A DNA stretch of 51,377 nt from an uncultured Staphylococcaceae bacterium (GTDB lineage: Bacteria; Bacillota_I; Bacilli_A; RFN20; CAG-826): positions 1 through 51,377 of the forward strand of contig CAZSEU010000004.1 of NCBI GenBank assembly GCA_964606005.1, given 5' to 3'. The notes below the pieces were generated by a model. That model was given only the letters and a program-made list of their open reading frames with translations, had not been told where the DNA came from and did no database searches. This document shows positions 35,211 through 44,258 of this stretch, piece after piece. Numbering within the stretch: the stretch's first letter is position 1; every line of letters begins with the position of its first letter. The position numbers were made by a program, and so were the translations under genes.

Positions 35211-36284
35211 ATGGAAGAAATCATGTATCAACGTCTTGCAATCGCAGAAAGAAGGCTCAAGGAAATCGATGATGAGTTAGCCTCTGATAATGCAGTTAAA
35301 GACATTCGTAGATTCAAAGAAATCTCAAAAGAAAGAGCGGTTCTTGAACCTCAAGTAACTGCTTTTATTAAATATAAAAACAATGAAGTCGCTATTGCGG
35401 AAGCAAAAGAATTAATTCGTGACCCTGACCCAGAACTTGTCGATATGGGGAAAGATGAATTGAAACGTTTAGAACGCGATCAAGAAAAATTAGAAGAAGA
35501 ATTAAGAGAATTATTGTTGCCTCGCGATCCCAATGATGATAAAAACATCATCGTAGAAGTTAGGGGTGCTGTCGGCGGAGATGAAGCCAATATTTTCGCT
35601 GGTGATTTATTCAGGATGTACACCCGTTATGCGGAATTACAAGGATGGAAAATTCAAATTCTTGATGAGAATTACTCAGAATCTGGTGGCTTTGCCATGG
35701 TTTCATTCAAGATCAGTGGCAAAAGAGTTTATTCAAAACTTAAATTTGAAAGTGGTGCACATCGCGTGCAAAGAGTTCCTAAGACTGAAGCATCTGGTCG
35801 CATTCACACTAGTACCGCGACCGTCCTGGTCATGCCTGAAGCGGAAGAAATTGATGTGCAAATTAATCCAAATGATTTACAAGTCGATACTTACCATTCT
35901 CAAGGTGCAGGCGGTCAAAACGTTAATAAAACCGAGTCCGCGGTCCGCATTACTCACGTTCCAACTGGTACAGTTGTTGCATGCCAAACCGAAAAATCAC
36001 AAATTCAAAACCGTGAAATTGCTATGCAAATGTTAAGAGCGAAAATATATGCCAATATGCTCGCAGAGCAGCAAGAAAAAATTGGCAACGAAAGAAAAAT
36101 AAAAGTTGGCACTGGCGAACGCTCAGAAAAAATTAGAACTTATAATTATCCACAAAATAGAGTCACTGATCACCGCATCGGTTTTACATTACAAAAGCTC
36201 GACCGTATTATCGAAGGCGATTTAGATGATGTTATTGAAGCACTCATTCATTTCGATCAATCGCAAAAAATCGCGGGTGAATAA
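35211..36284 (+). CDS. prfA: Peptide chain release factor 1
   Basis: It has the PKT (PxT) tripeptide in RVPKTEASGRIHTS and the GGQ motif in GAGGQNVNK. The start is placed at ATG 35211 (MEEIMYQR), preceded by AGAGGGA. The ORF-track extension from 35175 is unsupported. Confidence 0.93.
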   Translation: MEEIMYQRLAIAERRLKEIDDELASDNAVKDIRRFKEISKERAVLEPQVTAFIKYKNNEVAIAEAKELIRDPDPELVDMGKDELKRLERDQEKLEEELRELLLPRDPNDDKNIIVEVRGAVGGDEANIFAGDLFRMYTRYAELQGWKIQILDENYSESGGFAMVSFKISGKRVYSKLKFESGAHRVQRVPKTEASGRIHTSTATVLVMPEAEEIDVQINPNDLQVDTYHSQGAGGQNVNKTESAVRITHVPTGTVVACQTEKSQIQNREIAMQMLRAKIYANMLAEQQEKIGNERKIKVGTGERSEKIRTYNYPQNRVTDHRIGFTLQKLDRIIEGDLDDVIEALIHFDQSQKIAGE

Positions 36285-36286
36285 TC

Positions 36287-37120
36287 ATGCCCACTAATCG
36301 CGAACTATTTTTTCGCTACCAAAAAGAAGGCATTCCATCAAGCGTAATCAATTTTGCACTTCAGCACATTAATGCTTTTGATCATGCGCAATTAACCTTA
36401 AATTTTGATCAAGAAGTAAAAAATTATACCTACTTTTGCGATGTGATGGAGCGCTATCAAAATGGCGAGATGATCGAATATATTTTCGAAAAAGCACACT
36501 TTTTAGGCAGGATTTTTTATGTTAACAAAGAAGTGCTCATTCCTCGTCAAGAAACTGAACAACTGGTTCTCTTATCTTTAGGAAAAATACTAAAGAAGTT
36601 TGGTCGTGACACCTTAACTATTGCCGACATATGCACTGGCAGTGGTGTAATTGGTATAAGTATGGCGTTAGATCAACCGCAGCATAAATACTATTTGGTC
36701 GATATTGATGATAAAGCGATTGAAGTTGCTTTAGATAATATTGGACATTATGGAACTCCACAGTGTCAGACTATTGTCGGAGATATGCTTAAACCACTAC
36801 TTAAGCGTTATATTAAGCTAGACATCTTGGTGTGTAATCCACCCTACATTGAAGATATTGCATCAATTGATAATAGAACATGGAAACAAGAACCACACTT
36901 AGCTTTGCTGGCTACTCCATCTACAAGATTTTACGAAATCATTTTTCAAGACATCGATAAAATTATGAATGAGCAATTCCTACTTTGCTTTGAAATAGGA
37001 GAAGACATGGAAGAAGCGCTGACAAAAATACTAAAGAAATATTGCCCGGAAGCAAAATATTCATTTGAAAAAGATATTTATGGCAAAACCAGATTTTTAT
37101 TTGTTGAAAACAAAGATTAA
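36287..37120 (+). CDS. prmC: Release-factor glutamine N5-methyltransferase
   Basis: 277 aa with the SAM motif DICTGSG and the catalytic NPPY. It lies directly after prfA. Confidence 0.85.
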   Translation: MPTNRELFFRYQKEGIPSSVINFALQHINAFDHAQLTLNFDQEVKNYTYFCDVMERYQNGEMIEYIFEKAHFLGRIFYVNKEVLIPRQETEQLVLLSLGKILKKFGRDTLTIADICTGSGVIGISMALDQPQHKYYLVDIDDKAIEVALDNIGHYGTPQCQTIVGDMLKPLLKRYIKLDILVCNPPYIEDIASIDNRTWKQEPHLALLATPSTRFYEIIFQDIDKIMNEQFLLCFEIGEDMEEALTKILKKYCPEAKYSFEKDIYGKTRFLFVENKD

Positions 37121-37178
37121 TGTCTTTTTGGTGGAAAATTACACAGATTGGGTTAAGATAAAAAAGAGGTGAACAAAT

Positions 37179-37628
37179 ATGAAAATTGCCCTTGCTAGTG
37201 ATCATTTCGGTTATCCATTAAAAGAACAACTTAAACAATATTTATTCGATTTAGGTTATGAAATTGAAGATGTTGGCACATATTCTACTGAATCATGCCA
37301 TTATCCTGTTTTTTCTATTAGAGCGGCTAATTTGGTAAAAGATGGCACTGCCAAATTTGGCATCATCGTCTGTACTACGGGCGAAGGTGTCGCTATGACA
37401 GCAAACAAAGTTAAAGGCATTCGCGCAGGTGTTGCTTATAATCAAACCGCGACACGTTTGATGCGCGAACATAATGACGCCAACGTTATGACAATGGGCG
37501 CAAAATTTACTACTTTTGAACAAGCCAAAAAAAGAGTTGATATCTTTTTAAAAGCTGAATTTCAAGGCGGTAGACACGCTATTCGCGTTAAGATGATGGA
37601 AGACTTAGAAAACGGCATAAAACTATAA
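37179..37628 (+). CDS. rpiB: Ribose-5-phosphate isomerase B (RpiB/LacAB family)
   Basis: 149 aa with MKIALASDH, CTTGEGVAMTANK and GGRH. The SD is AAGAGGTGA. Confidence 0.88.
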   Translation: MKIALASDHFGYPLKEQLKQYLFDLGYEIEDVGTYSTESCHYPVFSIRAANLVKDGTAKFGIIVCTTGEGVAMTANKVKGIRAGVAYNQTATRLMREHNDANVMTMGAKFTTFEQAKKRVDIFLKAEFQGGRHAIRVKMMEDLENGIKL

Positions 37629-37639
37629 CGAAAAACGAT

Positions 37640-37674
37640 AACCGCGAAGAAAACATAAAAATCGCGGTTTTTTA
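37640..37674 (+). terminator. Rho-independent terminator after rpiB
   Basis: AACCGCGA-N14-TCGCGGTT followed by TTTTT. Confidence 0.7.
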
Positions 37675-37769
37675 ATGCAAAAATAACTTTATTTATGCCT
37701 TAATATTTTTCTAAAATATTGAAATACTGCATTTTTCATGAAACACTATTGGTGTAAATATTGTTATTT

Positions 37770-38807
37770 ATGAAGATATATTTGAAAAGCTTACTTTTGG
37801 TTTCTTTAACTACGCTACTTGTAGCGTGTTCAAATTTAACTAACTCTTCAACACTTACTTCCTCCAATCCATTAACTTCCTCCAAACAATCTACAACCTC
37901 CTCTAAAAAACCAAGTTCTTCTAGTAAAGATTCAAGTAGTAGTGGGGGAAATGTTACTGTACAATTAGCTACTTCCTCGGGTTTAACCTTTAATTTCGAT
38001 GCTAAAGGCGCTCGAATTACCACTGTTGAATGGGGTGGTAAACGAATTGGTAAAGATGGTTTCATTGCGGGAAGAGTAGCAAATAGAATTGCTAATGCCC
38101 AATTTGAATTAAATGGTCAAACATGGAACTTGGAAAAAGGTTCTTGGGAAAAACATCAATTACATGGCGGTCCTAACATGAATGGTTGGAGTAATGATAA
38201 TTGGACATTAATGGATCAAACTGCCAACAAAATTATATATTCTTTGCATTCCCCTCACCTTGATAAAGGATATCCAGGAGCTGTTGATATTACTGTCACT
38301 TACACATTAAGTGATGCTGGAGAATTGACGATAGAATATGATGCTGTTACCGACCAAGACACCATCATCAACCCAATCAATCATCTCTACATGAGTTTAA
38401 ATGGCAATAATTCTTCAGCCAATCATAAGCTTTGGCTAAATGCTGATTCGTATACTGAAAAAGACAGCGAGTTAATTCCAACGGGTAGCATTCTCTCTGT
38501 CGAAGGAAATAAATTTGACTTTAGTACCGAAAAAAATATTCCTCAAAATAGTTATGATGATAACTACGTACTTAATGGTGAAGGTTACCGTAAAGTTGCC
38601 ACAATGACTGGAACACTTTCTGGTATTAGTGTTGATGTATATACTGATCGTCCAGGCTTACAGTTATATAACACCAATACAGATATTTGCCTGGAAACTC
38701 AAAATTTTCCAGACGCAATTAATCATGATAACTTTCCATCTCCGATATTAAGAAAAGATGAAAGATTTTATTCGAAAACAGCATACGTATTTACAAAAGC
38801 AGAATAA
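37770..38807 (+). CDS. Aldose 1-epimerase (galactose mutarotase-like) predicted lipoprotein
   Basis: The signal peptide MKIYLKSLLLVSLTTLLVAC carries the lipobox L-V-A-C. A 40-aa Ser/Thr-rich linker follows, then a mutarotase-like domain (ANRIANAQFELNGQTW, HLHGGP, NHLYMSL, ETQNFPDA). The ATG at 37770 is preferred over the ORF-track TTG at 37761. Confidence 0.75.
   Translation: MKIYLKSLLLVSLTTLLVACSNLTNSSTLTSSNPLTSSKQSTTSSKKPSSSSKDSSSSGGNVTVQLATSSGLTFNFDAKGARITTVEWGGKRIGKDGFIAGRVANRIANAQFELNGQTWNLEKGSWEKHQLHGGPNMNGWSNDNWTLMDQTANKIIYSLHSPHLDKGYPGAVDITVTYTLSDAGELTIEYDAVTDQDTIINPINHLYMSLNGNNSSANHKLWLNADSYTEKDSELIPTGSILSVEGNKFDFSTEKNIPQNSYDDNYVLNGEGYRKVATMTGTLSGISVDVYTDRPGLQLYNTNTDICLETQNFPDAINHDNFPSPILRKDERFYSKTAYVFTKAE
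37830..37949 (+). repeat. Degenerate 18-nt (hexapeptide) tandem repeats encoding the Ser/Thr-rich linker
   Basis: The peptide units are TSSNPL / TSSKQS / TTSSKK / PSSSSK / DSSSSG. At the DNA level ACTTCCTCCAA occurs twice, 18 nt apart. Confidence 0.5.
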
Positions 38808-38856
38808 AGAATCGTAATTTTTTAGAAACAACACCGACAATCTCCCTATCTAGTTA

Positions 38857-40026
38857 ATGGAGAGATTTTTTATTACTGAGTTTATTTGTTCTATATGTGG
38901 CAACACTGATTCTAGATTTATTGGACACAAAAACGGACAACCTTACTGCCGAAAGTGCATCATTTTTCGGGGACAAGAAGCCCACAATGACTATGTCATT
39001 AAAAAGAATGCTGACTATCAGTTAGCTTATGAATTATCAACTGATCAAAAACGATTGTCTGCCCAACTATTAAATAATTATTTAAATGGCGTTGATAGTC
39101 TGGTACATGCTGTTTGTGGATCAGGAAAGACAGAAATATGTCTAGAAGTGATTGCATATTGTATTAATAACAAACTAAGAGTTGGTTTCGCCGTACCGCG
39201 GAAGGATGTGGTGGTAGAACTAACTTATCGTTTTATTGATATTTTTAAGAACAACCGAATAATTGCTGTATATGGTGGCCACACAGCCGTGCTTGAAGGC
39301 GAATTGGTAGTTTTAACAACTCATCAACTATATCGTTACAAACATTATTTTGATTTATTAATTGCGGATGAGATAGATGCTTTTCCTTATAAGGGTAGTG
39401 AAATACTTGAAGCCTTTTTCAAACGCAGTATCAAGAATAACTATATTTTAATGACCGCGACTCCCACTCCCGAATTACTTGAACAATTCAAAATGCCCAA
39501 TCGTGATATTGCCCAATTATATTCGCGCTTTCACCATCACCCTTTGCCTGTACCAAAAATCATTGGTGGTAACTTATTATATTTAAACTACAAACTAGTA
39601 ACTGAAGTTTCGAGATTTCTGAACAAATTTAAGCAGATATTTATTTTTGTTCCGACCATTGATTTATCGAAAAAAGTATATCGCTTTTTAAGTTTGTTTT
39701 TTACCCATGGATATTACATAAATTCAAAGATTGATAATCGGGAAGAAGTTATAAAAAGGTTCAGAGCAAAAAAATATCGTTACCTTGTAACAACTGCAGT
39801 ATTGGAAAGAGGAGTGACTGTATCAGATTTACAGGTCATTGTTTATTTAAGTGATCACCCTATATATGATTCCCATTCATTAATTCAAATTGCTGGTAGA
39901 GTGGGTAGAAAAAAAGATGCGCCAGAAGGAGAGGTGATTTTTCTTGCAAAACGAAAAAATAAAGAAATTGAAAGAGCAATTAACGAAATTAAATTCGCCA
40001 ATAACCAACTGCAAAATATGTTGTAA
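38857..40026 (+). CDS. comFA: ComFA-like DEAD/DEAH-box helicase (DNA-uptake ATPase)
   Basis: 389 aa with the N-terminal zinc finger CSICG...CRKC, the Walker A AVCGSGKTE, the DEID box (LIADEIDAF) and helicase motif VI QIAGRVGR. Confidence 0.75.
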   Translation: MERFFITEFICSICGNTDSRFIGHKNGQPYCRKCIIFRGQEAHNDYVIKKNADYQLAYELSTDQKRLSAQLLNNYLNGVDSLVHAVCGSGKTEICLEVIAYCINNKLRVGFAVPRKDVVVELTYRFIDIFKNNRIIAVYGGHTAVLEGELVVLTTHQLYRYKHYFDLLIADEIDAFPYKGSEILEAFFKRSIKNNYILMTATPTPELLEQFKMPNRDIAQLYSRFHHHPLPVPKIIGGNLLYLNYKLVTEVSRFLNKFKQIFIFVPTIDLSKKVYRFLSLFFTHGYYINSKIDNREEVIKRFRAKKYRYLVTTAVLERGVTVSDLQVIVYLSDHPIYDSHSLIQIAGRVGRKKDAPEGEVIFLAKRKNKEIERAINEIKFANNQLQNML

Positions 40027-40618
40027 AGCTATTGATGATAAAGACGTATGTCGTATTATTAACAAGAAAATTAACATTTGTTCTTTATGCCAAAAAGCAA
40101 TGAATCCATTGTTTATTGCTTTTAAGGTTTTAACATATGATGCAATAGCAATCTATGAATATAACGATTTTATCCGTCAGTTAGTTTATCAATTTAAAGG
40201 TTGCTATGATTATGAACTAGCGGCTTCTTTTGTTTCAAATTTTGCCAAAGAAATCAAACTGATTTTCAAAGATTATTTGGCAATTCCTATACCCTCTTTT
40301 ATTGAAGATGATGAAATAAGAGGTTTCAATCATGTGCATGAAATATTCAAAACAATCGGTTTAATAATGCACCCAATTTTAGAAAAAACCGAACAGCAAA
40401 AACAAGCAACAAGCAATGTTAAAACTAGAGAAAAGATTTATAACTTCATGCGGTTGAAAAAGACCTTTGATTTGAGCAATAAAAAAGTAATAATTGTTGA
40501 TGATATTTACACTACAGGTTCAACAATGAAGGCGGCAATTAACCTCGTTGAAAAATTAAATCCAAAAACAATCAAGGTGCTAGTTGTGGCCAAAACCAGG
40601 TCGAAAAGGGCCAAATAG
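39944..40618 (+). CDS. comFC: ComFC-like phosphoribosyltransferase-domain protein
   Basis: 224 aa with the N-terminal Cys pairs CKICC ... CSLC and the PRT motif VIIVDDIYTTGSTM. It starts at TTG 39944, 6 nt after AAGGAGAGGTGA, and overlaps comFA by 83 nt. Confidence 0.72.
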   Translation: MQNEKIKKLKEQLTKLNSPITNCKICCKAIDDKDVCRIINKKINICSLCQKAMNPLFIAFKVLTYDAIAIYEYNDFIRQLVYQFKGCYDYELAASFVSNFAKEIKLIFKDYLAIPIPSFIEDDEIRGFNHVHEIFKTIGLIMHPILEKTEQQKQATSNVKTREKIYNFMRLKKTFDLSNKKVIIVDDIYTTGSTMKAAINLVEKLNPKTIKVLVVAKTRSKRAK

Positions 40619-40739
40619 ACCACCAATCTACTAAGATTGTATTAGACAACAATGCGGTTGATTGGTATTATAGTTAAGCGAATGTTTGACATTCTTTTAC
40701 AAAGAAAGGCACACCATTTGATGTGGTCGGTATTAAATT

Positions 40740-43124
40740 ATGGGATTTTTTGATAAAAGAGCTTTGAAAAAATATCAGCGTGAAGCTGAAAAAGTTGTTG
40801 CTTTTGAAAAAATAATGGCAGCACTTAGCGATGAAGAATTACGCGCTAAAACAGTTTATTTCAAAGAAAAATTAGCTAATGGAGCCACTCTTGAAGATAT
40901 TAAATATGAAGCTTTTGCTGTTGCTAGAGAAGCTGGCAAACGGACAATCGGTGAATTTCCTTACAAAGTTCAAATTATTGGTTCTTTAGTTTTACACAAT
41001 GGTGACGTTGCTGAAATGAAAACCGGTGAAGGTAAAACCTTAACCGCCACAATGGCTGTATATCTTAATGCTTTGGCGGGAAAAGGTGTACATGTCATCA
41101 CTGTTAACGAATACTTGTCTGCTCGTGACGCTGAATGGATGGGCCAAATTTATCGTTTCTTGGGTTTAACGGTTGGCGTTAATGTCAGAACCAAAACCAC
41201 CAGAGAAAAACAAGAAGCTTATCTATGTGATATTACATATACCACTAACTCAGAGTTGGGTTTCGACTACTTGAGAGACAACATGGCCAGCGACATGCAA
41301 CATCGTGTCCTTAGAGGTCTTAATTTCTGTATCGTTGACGAAGCTGACTCCATTTTAATCGACGAAAGTAGAACTCCGTTAATTATTTCCGGTGGCGCAG
41401 CGACAAGCCCATCACAATATACTGTTGCAGATAGATTCTGCAAGACGTTGAAAAAAGAAATCGATGTTAAAATCGATGTTAAAGATAAAACTGTCAACTT
41501 AACTGAAGCTGGACAAACAAAAGCAGAACGGATGTTTGGTATCAAAAACTTATACGATCCCGAATATTCTGATTTGGTTCACCGCATTCATAATGCGTTA
41601 AAAGCCAATTTCATCATGGCTAGAGACGTCGATTATCTCGTTGATCCTGCGGGGGAAGTACAAATTATTGACCCGTTTACTGGTCGTGTTTTGCCGGGTC
41701 GTGAATGGTCTGATGGTTTGCACCAAGCAGTTCAAGCTAAAGAAAACGTCAAAATCAAACAAGAAACCGTCACTATGGCGACGATTACTTATCAAAACTT
41801 CTTCCGTTTATATATCAAGGTTGCTGGCATGACCGGCACCGCCAAAACCGAGGAAGAAGAATTCAGAAAAATATATAATATGCGCGTTGTTTGTATTCCA
41901 ACGAACAGACCCGTTATTCGTATCGATGCGCTTGATTATGTTTATGCGCACAAAGGGCCTAAATTAGCCGCGCTCATCAAAGAAATAAAAGAACGTCATG
42001 AGAAAGGACAACCAATTCTAATTGGTACTGTCTCAGTTGAATCTTCCGAAGAAATCTCTGCTTTACTCACCCAGGCGGGTCTCAGACACGAGATGCTCAA
42101 CGCGAAAAACCACGCTCGCGAAGCTGAAATCATCTCGCATGCCGGTGATAAAGGTTCAATTACATTAGCAACCAACATGGCCGGCCGTGGTACTGATATT
42201 AAAATTAATGACGAAATTAGAGCCTTGGGAGGCTTATGTGTTTTCGGTACCGAAAGACATGAATCTCGCCGTATTGATAACCAATTACGTGGTAGAAGTG
42301 GTCGTCAAGGCGACCCTGGTTTCTCCAGATTCTATGTTTCTTTTGAAGATACTTTGTTAGTTCGTTTTGCAGCGGATTCTATTAAAAATTATATCGAAAA
42401 GAACTTTGGCGACGAGCCATTAGAAGCCAGAATGATTACTAATGTCATCACATCTGCACAAAAGAAAATTGAAGGTCAAAACTTTGATACCCGTAAGAGT
42501 TTGCTTGAATACGATGACGTTTTAGCCAAACAAAGACAAATTGTCTACGATAAGAGAGATCGCATTATTGAAGGTAAAAATATTGATGATATTGTTGAGG
42601 ATATTTTTAATACTACTGGCAACTTCTTAGCCAAAAAAGGTATCCCAACCGGCAGCAACGATCAGTTGGTGCATGGTGAACAACTCGCCAAAGCGGTCGA
42701 ACCAAGATTCCTTCCGGCTGGAACAATCAAACCAAATTTATTTGATGATGCTCCGATTGAAGATATTGCTCCAGATTTAGCAATCTTGCTCAAGGAAAGA
42801 TTTGCAGATCTTGAAACTTCATGGCCAATCGAACAAGAAGAAAAAGACAAAATTAAACGTTCGGTTATTTTGCGTTGCATCGACCAAAACTGGACAAAAC
42901 ACATCGACTCAATGGCGAGATTAAGAGAAGCAATCTTCTTGAGAAGTTATGCGAATGTTAACCCACTTCAAGACTATGTGAATGAAGGTTATGCGATGTT
43001 TAGAGAGTGTTTGGAGCTAGCTTCTGTAGATGCGGTTTTAAATTTAGTTAACATTAGACCTCAAAGAAAAGTGGTGGTGGAAGATACCGCTCCACAACAA
43101 CCCCAGGATATAATAGAAAAGTAA
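40740..43124 (+). CDS. secA: Preprotein translocase ATPase SecA
   Basis: 794 aa with MKTGEGKTL, the DEAD-like VDEADSILIDE and TNMAGRGTDI. The C-terminus has no Cys-rich zinc finger. Confidence 0.95.
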   Translation: MGFFDKRALKKYQREAEKVVAFEKIMAALSDEELRAKTVYFKEKLANGATLEDIKYEAFAVAREAGKRTIGEFPYKVQIIGSLVLHNGDVAEMKTGEGKTLTATMAVYLNALAGKGVHVITVNEYLSARDAEWMGQIYRFLGLTVGVNVRTKTTREKQEAYLCDITYTTNSELGFDYLRDNMASDMQHRVLRGLNFCIVDEADSILIDESRTPLIISGGAATSPSQYTVADRFCKTLKKEIDVKIDVKDKTVNLTEAGQTKAERMFGIKNLYDPEYSDLVHRIHNALKANFIMARDVDYLVDPAGEVQIIDPFTGRVLPGREWSDGLHQAVQAKENVKIKQETVTMATITYQNFFRLYIKVAGMTGTAKTEEEEFRKIYNMRVVCIPTNRPVIRIDALDYVYAHKGPKLAALIKEIKERHEKGQPILIGTVSVESSEEISALLTQAGLRHEMLNAKNHAREAEIISHAGDKGSITLATNMAGRGTDIKINDEIRALGGLCVFGTERHESRRIDNQLRGRSGRQGDPGFSRFYVSFEDTLLVRFAADSIKNYIEKNFGDEPLEARMITNVITSAQKKIEGQNFDTRKSLLEYDDVLAKQRQIVYDKRDRIIEGKNIDDIVEDIFNTTGNFLAKKGIPTGSNDQLVHGEQLAKAVEPRFLPAGTIKPNLFDDAPIEDIAPDLAILLKERFADLETSWPIEQEEKDKIKRSVILRCIDQNWTKHIDSMARLREAIFLRSYANVNPLQDYVNEGYAMFRECLELASVDAVLNLVNIRPQRKVVVEDTAPQQPQDIIEK

Positions 43125-43134
43125 TAATAAGACT

Positions 43135-44242
43135 ATGAAAGACATTGTTACCTTAAAACAGGAACTATGGGCAGTTGGCGAGCGAATCCGCCAACTCGGG
43201 TCTTCTCTTTGACCTCGAAGAGTTGGATAAACAAATAGCGTTTCTTACTGAAAAAAGCGAGTCTGAAAACTTTTGGGAAAATCAAAGAGAAGCTTTGGAA
43301 GTTATCAATCGCCTAAATCGCATGCGCGATATTGTTATAACATATCGTTCTCTTTTGCATGGTGTCCAAGATCTCGAGGAATTATTGTCTTTTGATGATG
43401 AATCGCTTTTGGGCGAAATGGAAAACCACCTTAGACAATTGAAAACAGGCATTAAGGAATTAGAAATGGATATTTTGTTTACTGGTGAATTTGATAGTCT
43501 GAATGCCATCGTTGAAATTCATCCTGGTGCTGGCGGCACCGAAGCACAAGATTGGGCTGATATGCTTTATCGTATGTATGTGTTATATGCAGAAGCACAT
43601 CGTTTGAAAATGTCGCTTATTTCTTTTGAACCAGGTGAAGAGGCTGGCTTAAAAAGTGTCACATTACAAATTAATGGCAAATATGTTTATGGCTTACTAA
43701 AAGGTGAAAAGGGTGTTCATCGTTTAGTGAGAATTTCACCTTTTGATTCAAACAAAAGAAGGCATACATCTTTTGCGTCGGTAAATGTTATTCCTGAATT
43801 TAAAGATGATTCAATTAATATTGAATTAAATGAATCTGATTTAAAGATTGATACATATCGGAGTGGCGGTGCTGGCGGACAAAACGTAAATAAAGTAGAA
43901 ACAGCAGTACGTATTACCCATTTACCCACAGGCATTGTTGTTGCTTGCCAAATTGAAAGAAGCCAATTGCTGAACAAAGAAACAGCATTAAAAATGTTAA
44001 AAAATAAATTATATTTGCTCGAATTAGAAGCGAGAAAAAATAAATTAAATACCATCGTCGGCGAAAAGAAAAATATCGAATGGGGAAGTCAAATTCGTTC
44101 ATATGTTTTCTGCCCTTATACCCTTGTCAAAGACAACCGCACAAATTTTGAAGTTACCGATGTAGAAGCGGTGATGAATGGCGACTTGGATGGTCTCATT
44201 TATGCTTACTTACGTAGTGAAGCTGAGATTAACACAAAATAG
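43135..44242 (+). CDS. prfB: Peptide chain release factor 2, with a programmed +1 frameshift (join 43135..43209, 43211..44242)
   Basis: Frame 0 from ATG 43135 reads [25 protein letters not shown] and then TGA at 43210. Shifting +1 on CTT TGA C continues DLEELDKQ... in the ORF-track frame. The SPF motif (RISPFDS) and GGQ motif ([10 protein letters not shown]) are present. Confidence 0.9.
43198..43213 (+). promoter_or_regulatory. RF2 autoregulatory +1 frameshift site
   Basis: GGG TCT TCT CTT TGA C contains the canonical CTT TGA C slippery/stop context. Only a weak SD-like GGG lies upstream. Confidence 0.8.
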
Positions 44243-44258
44243 AGGGGGCGTTGAGTAA

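Noticed and set aside
35566-36036. 156-aa plus-strand ORF overlapping prfA in another frame
   Set aside because: It lies entirely inside the well-supported RF1 gene (PKT and GGQ motifs). It has no SD and no recognisable motif.
40619-40739. The comFC-secA spacer, examined for the hpf (yvyD) gene or a small RNA that occupies this position in Bacillus
   Set aside because: At 121 bp it is too short for hpf and no ORF is present. A 7-bp inverted repeat (ACCAATC ... GATTGGT) with a 31-nt loop is weak and has no T-run.
43122-43130. Three consecutive in-frame TAA stops at the end of secA
   Set aside because: Tandem stops arise easily in AT-rich intergenic DNA. No functional inference is warranted.
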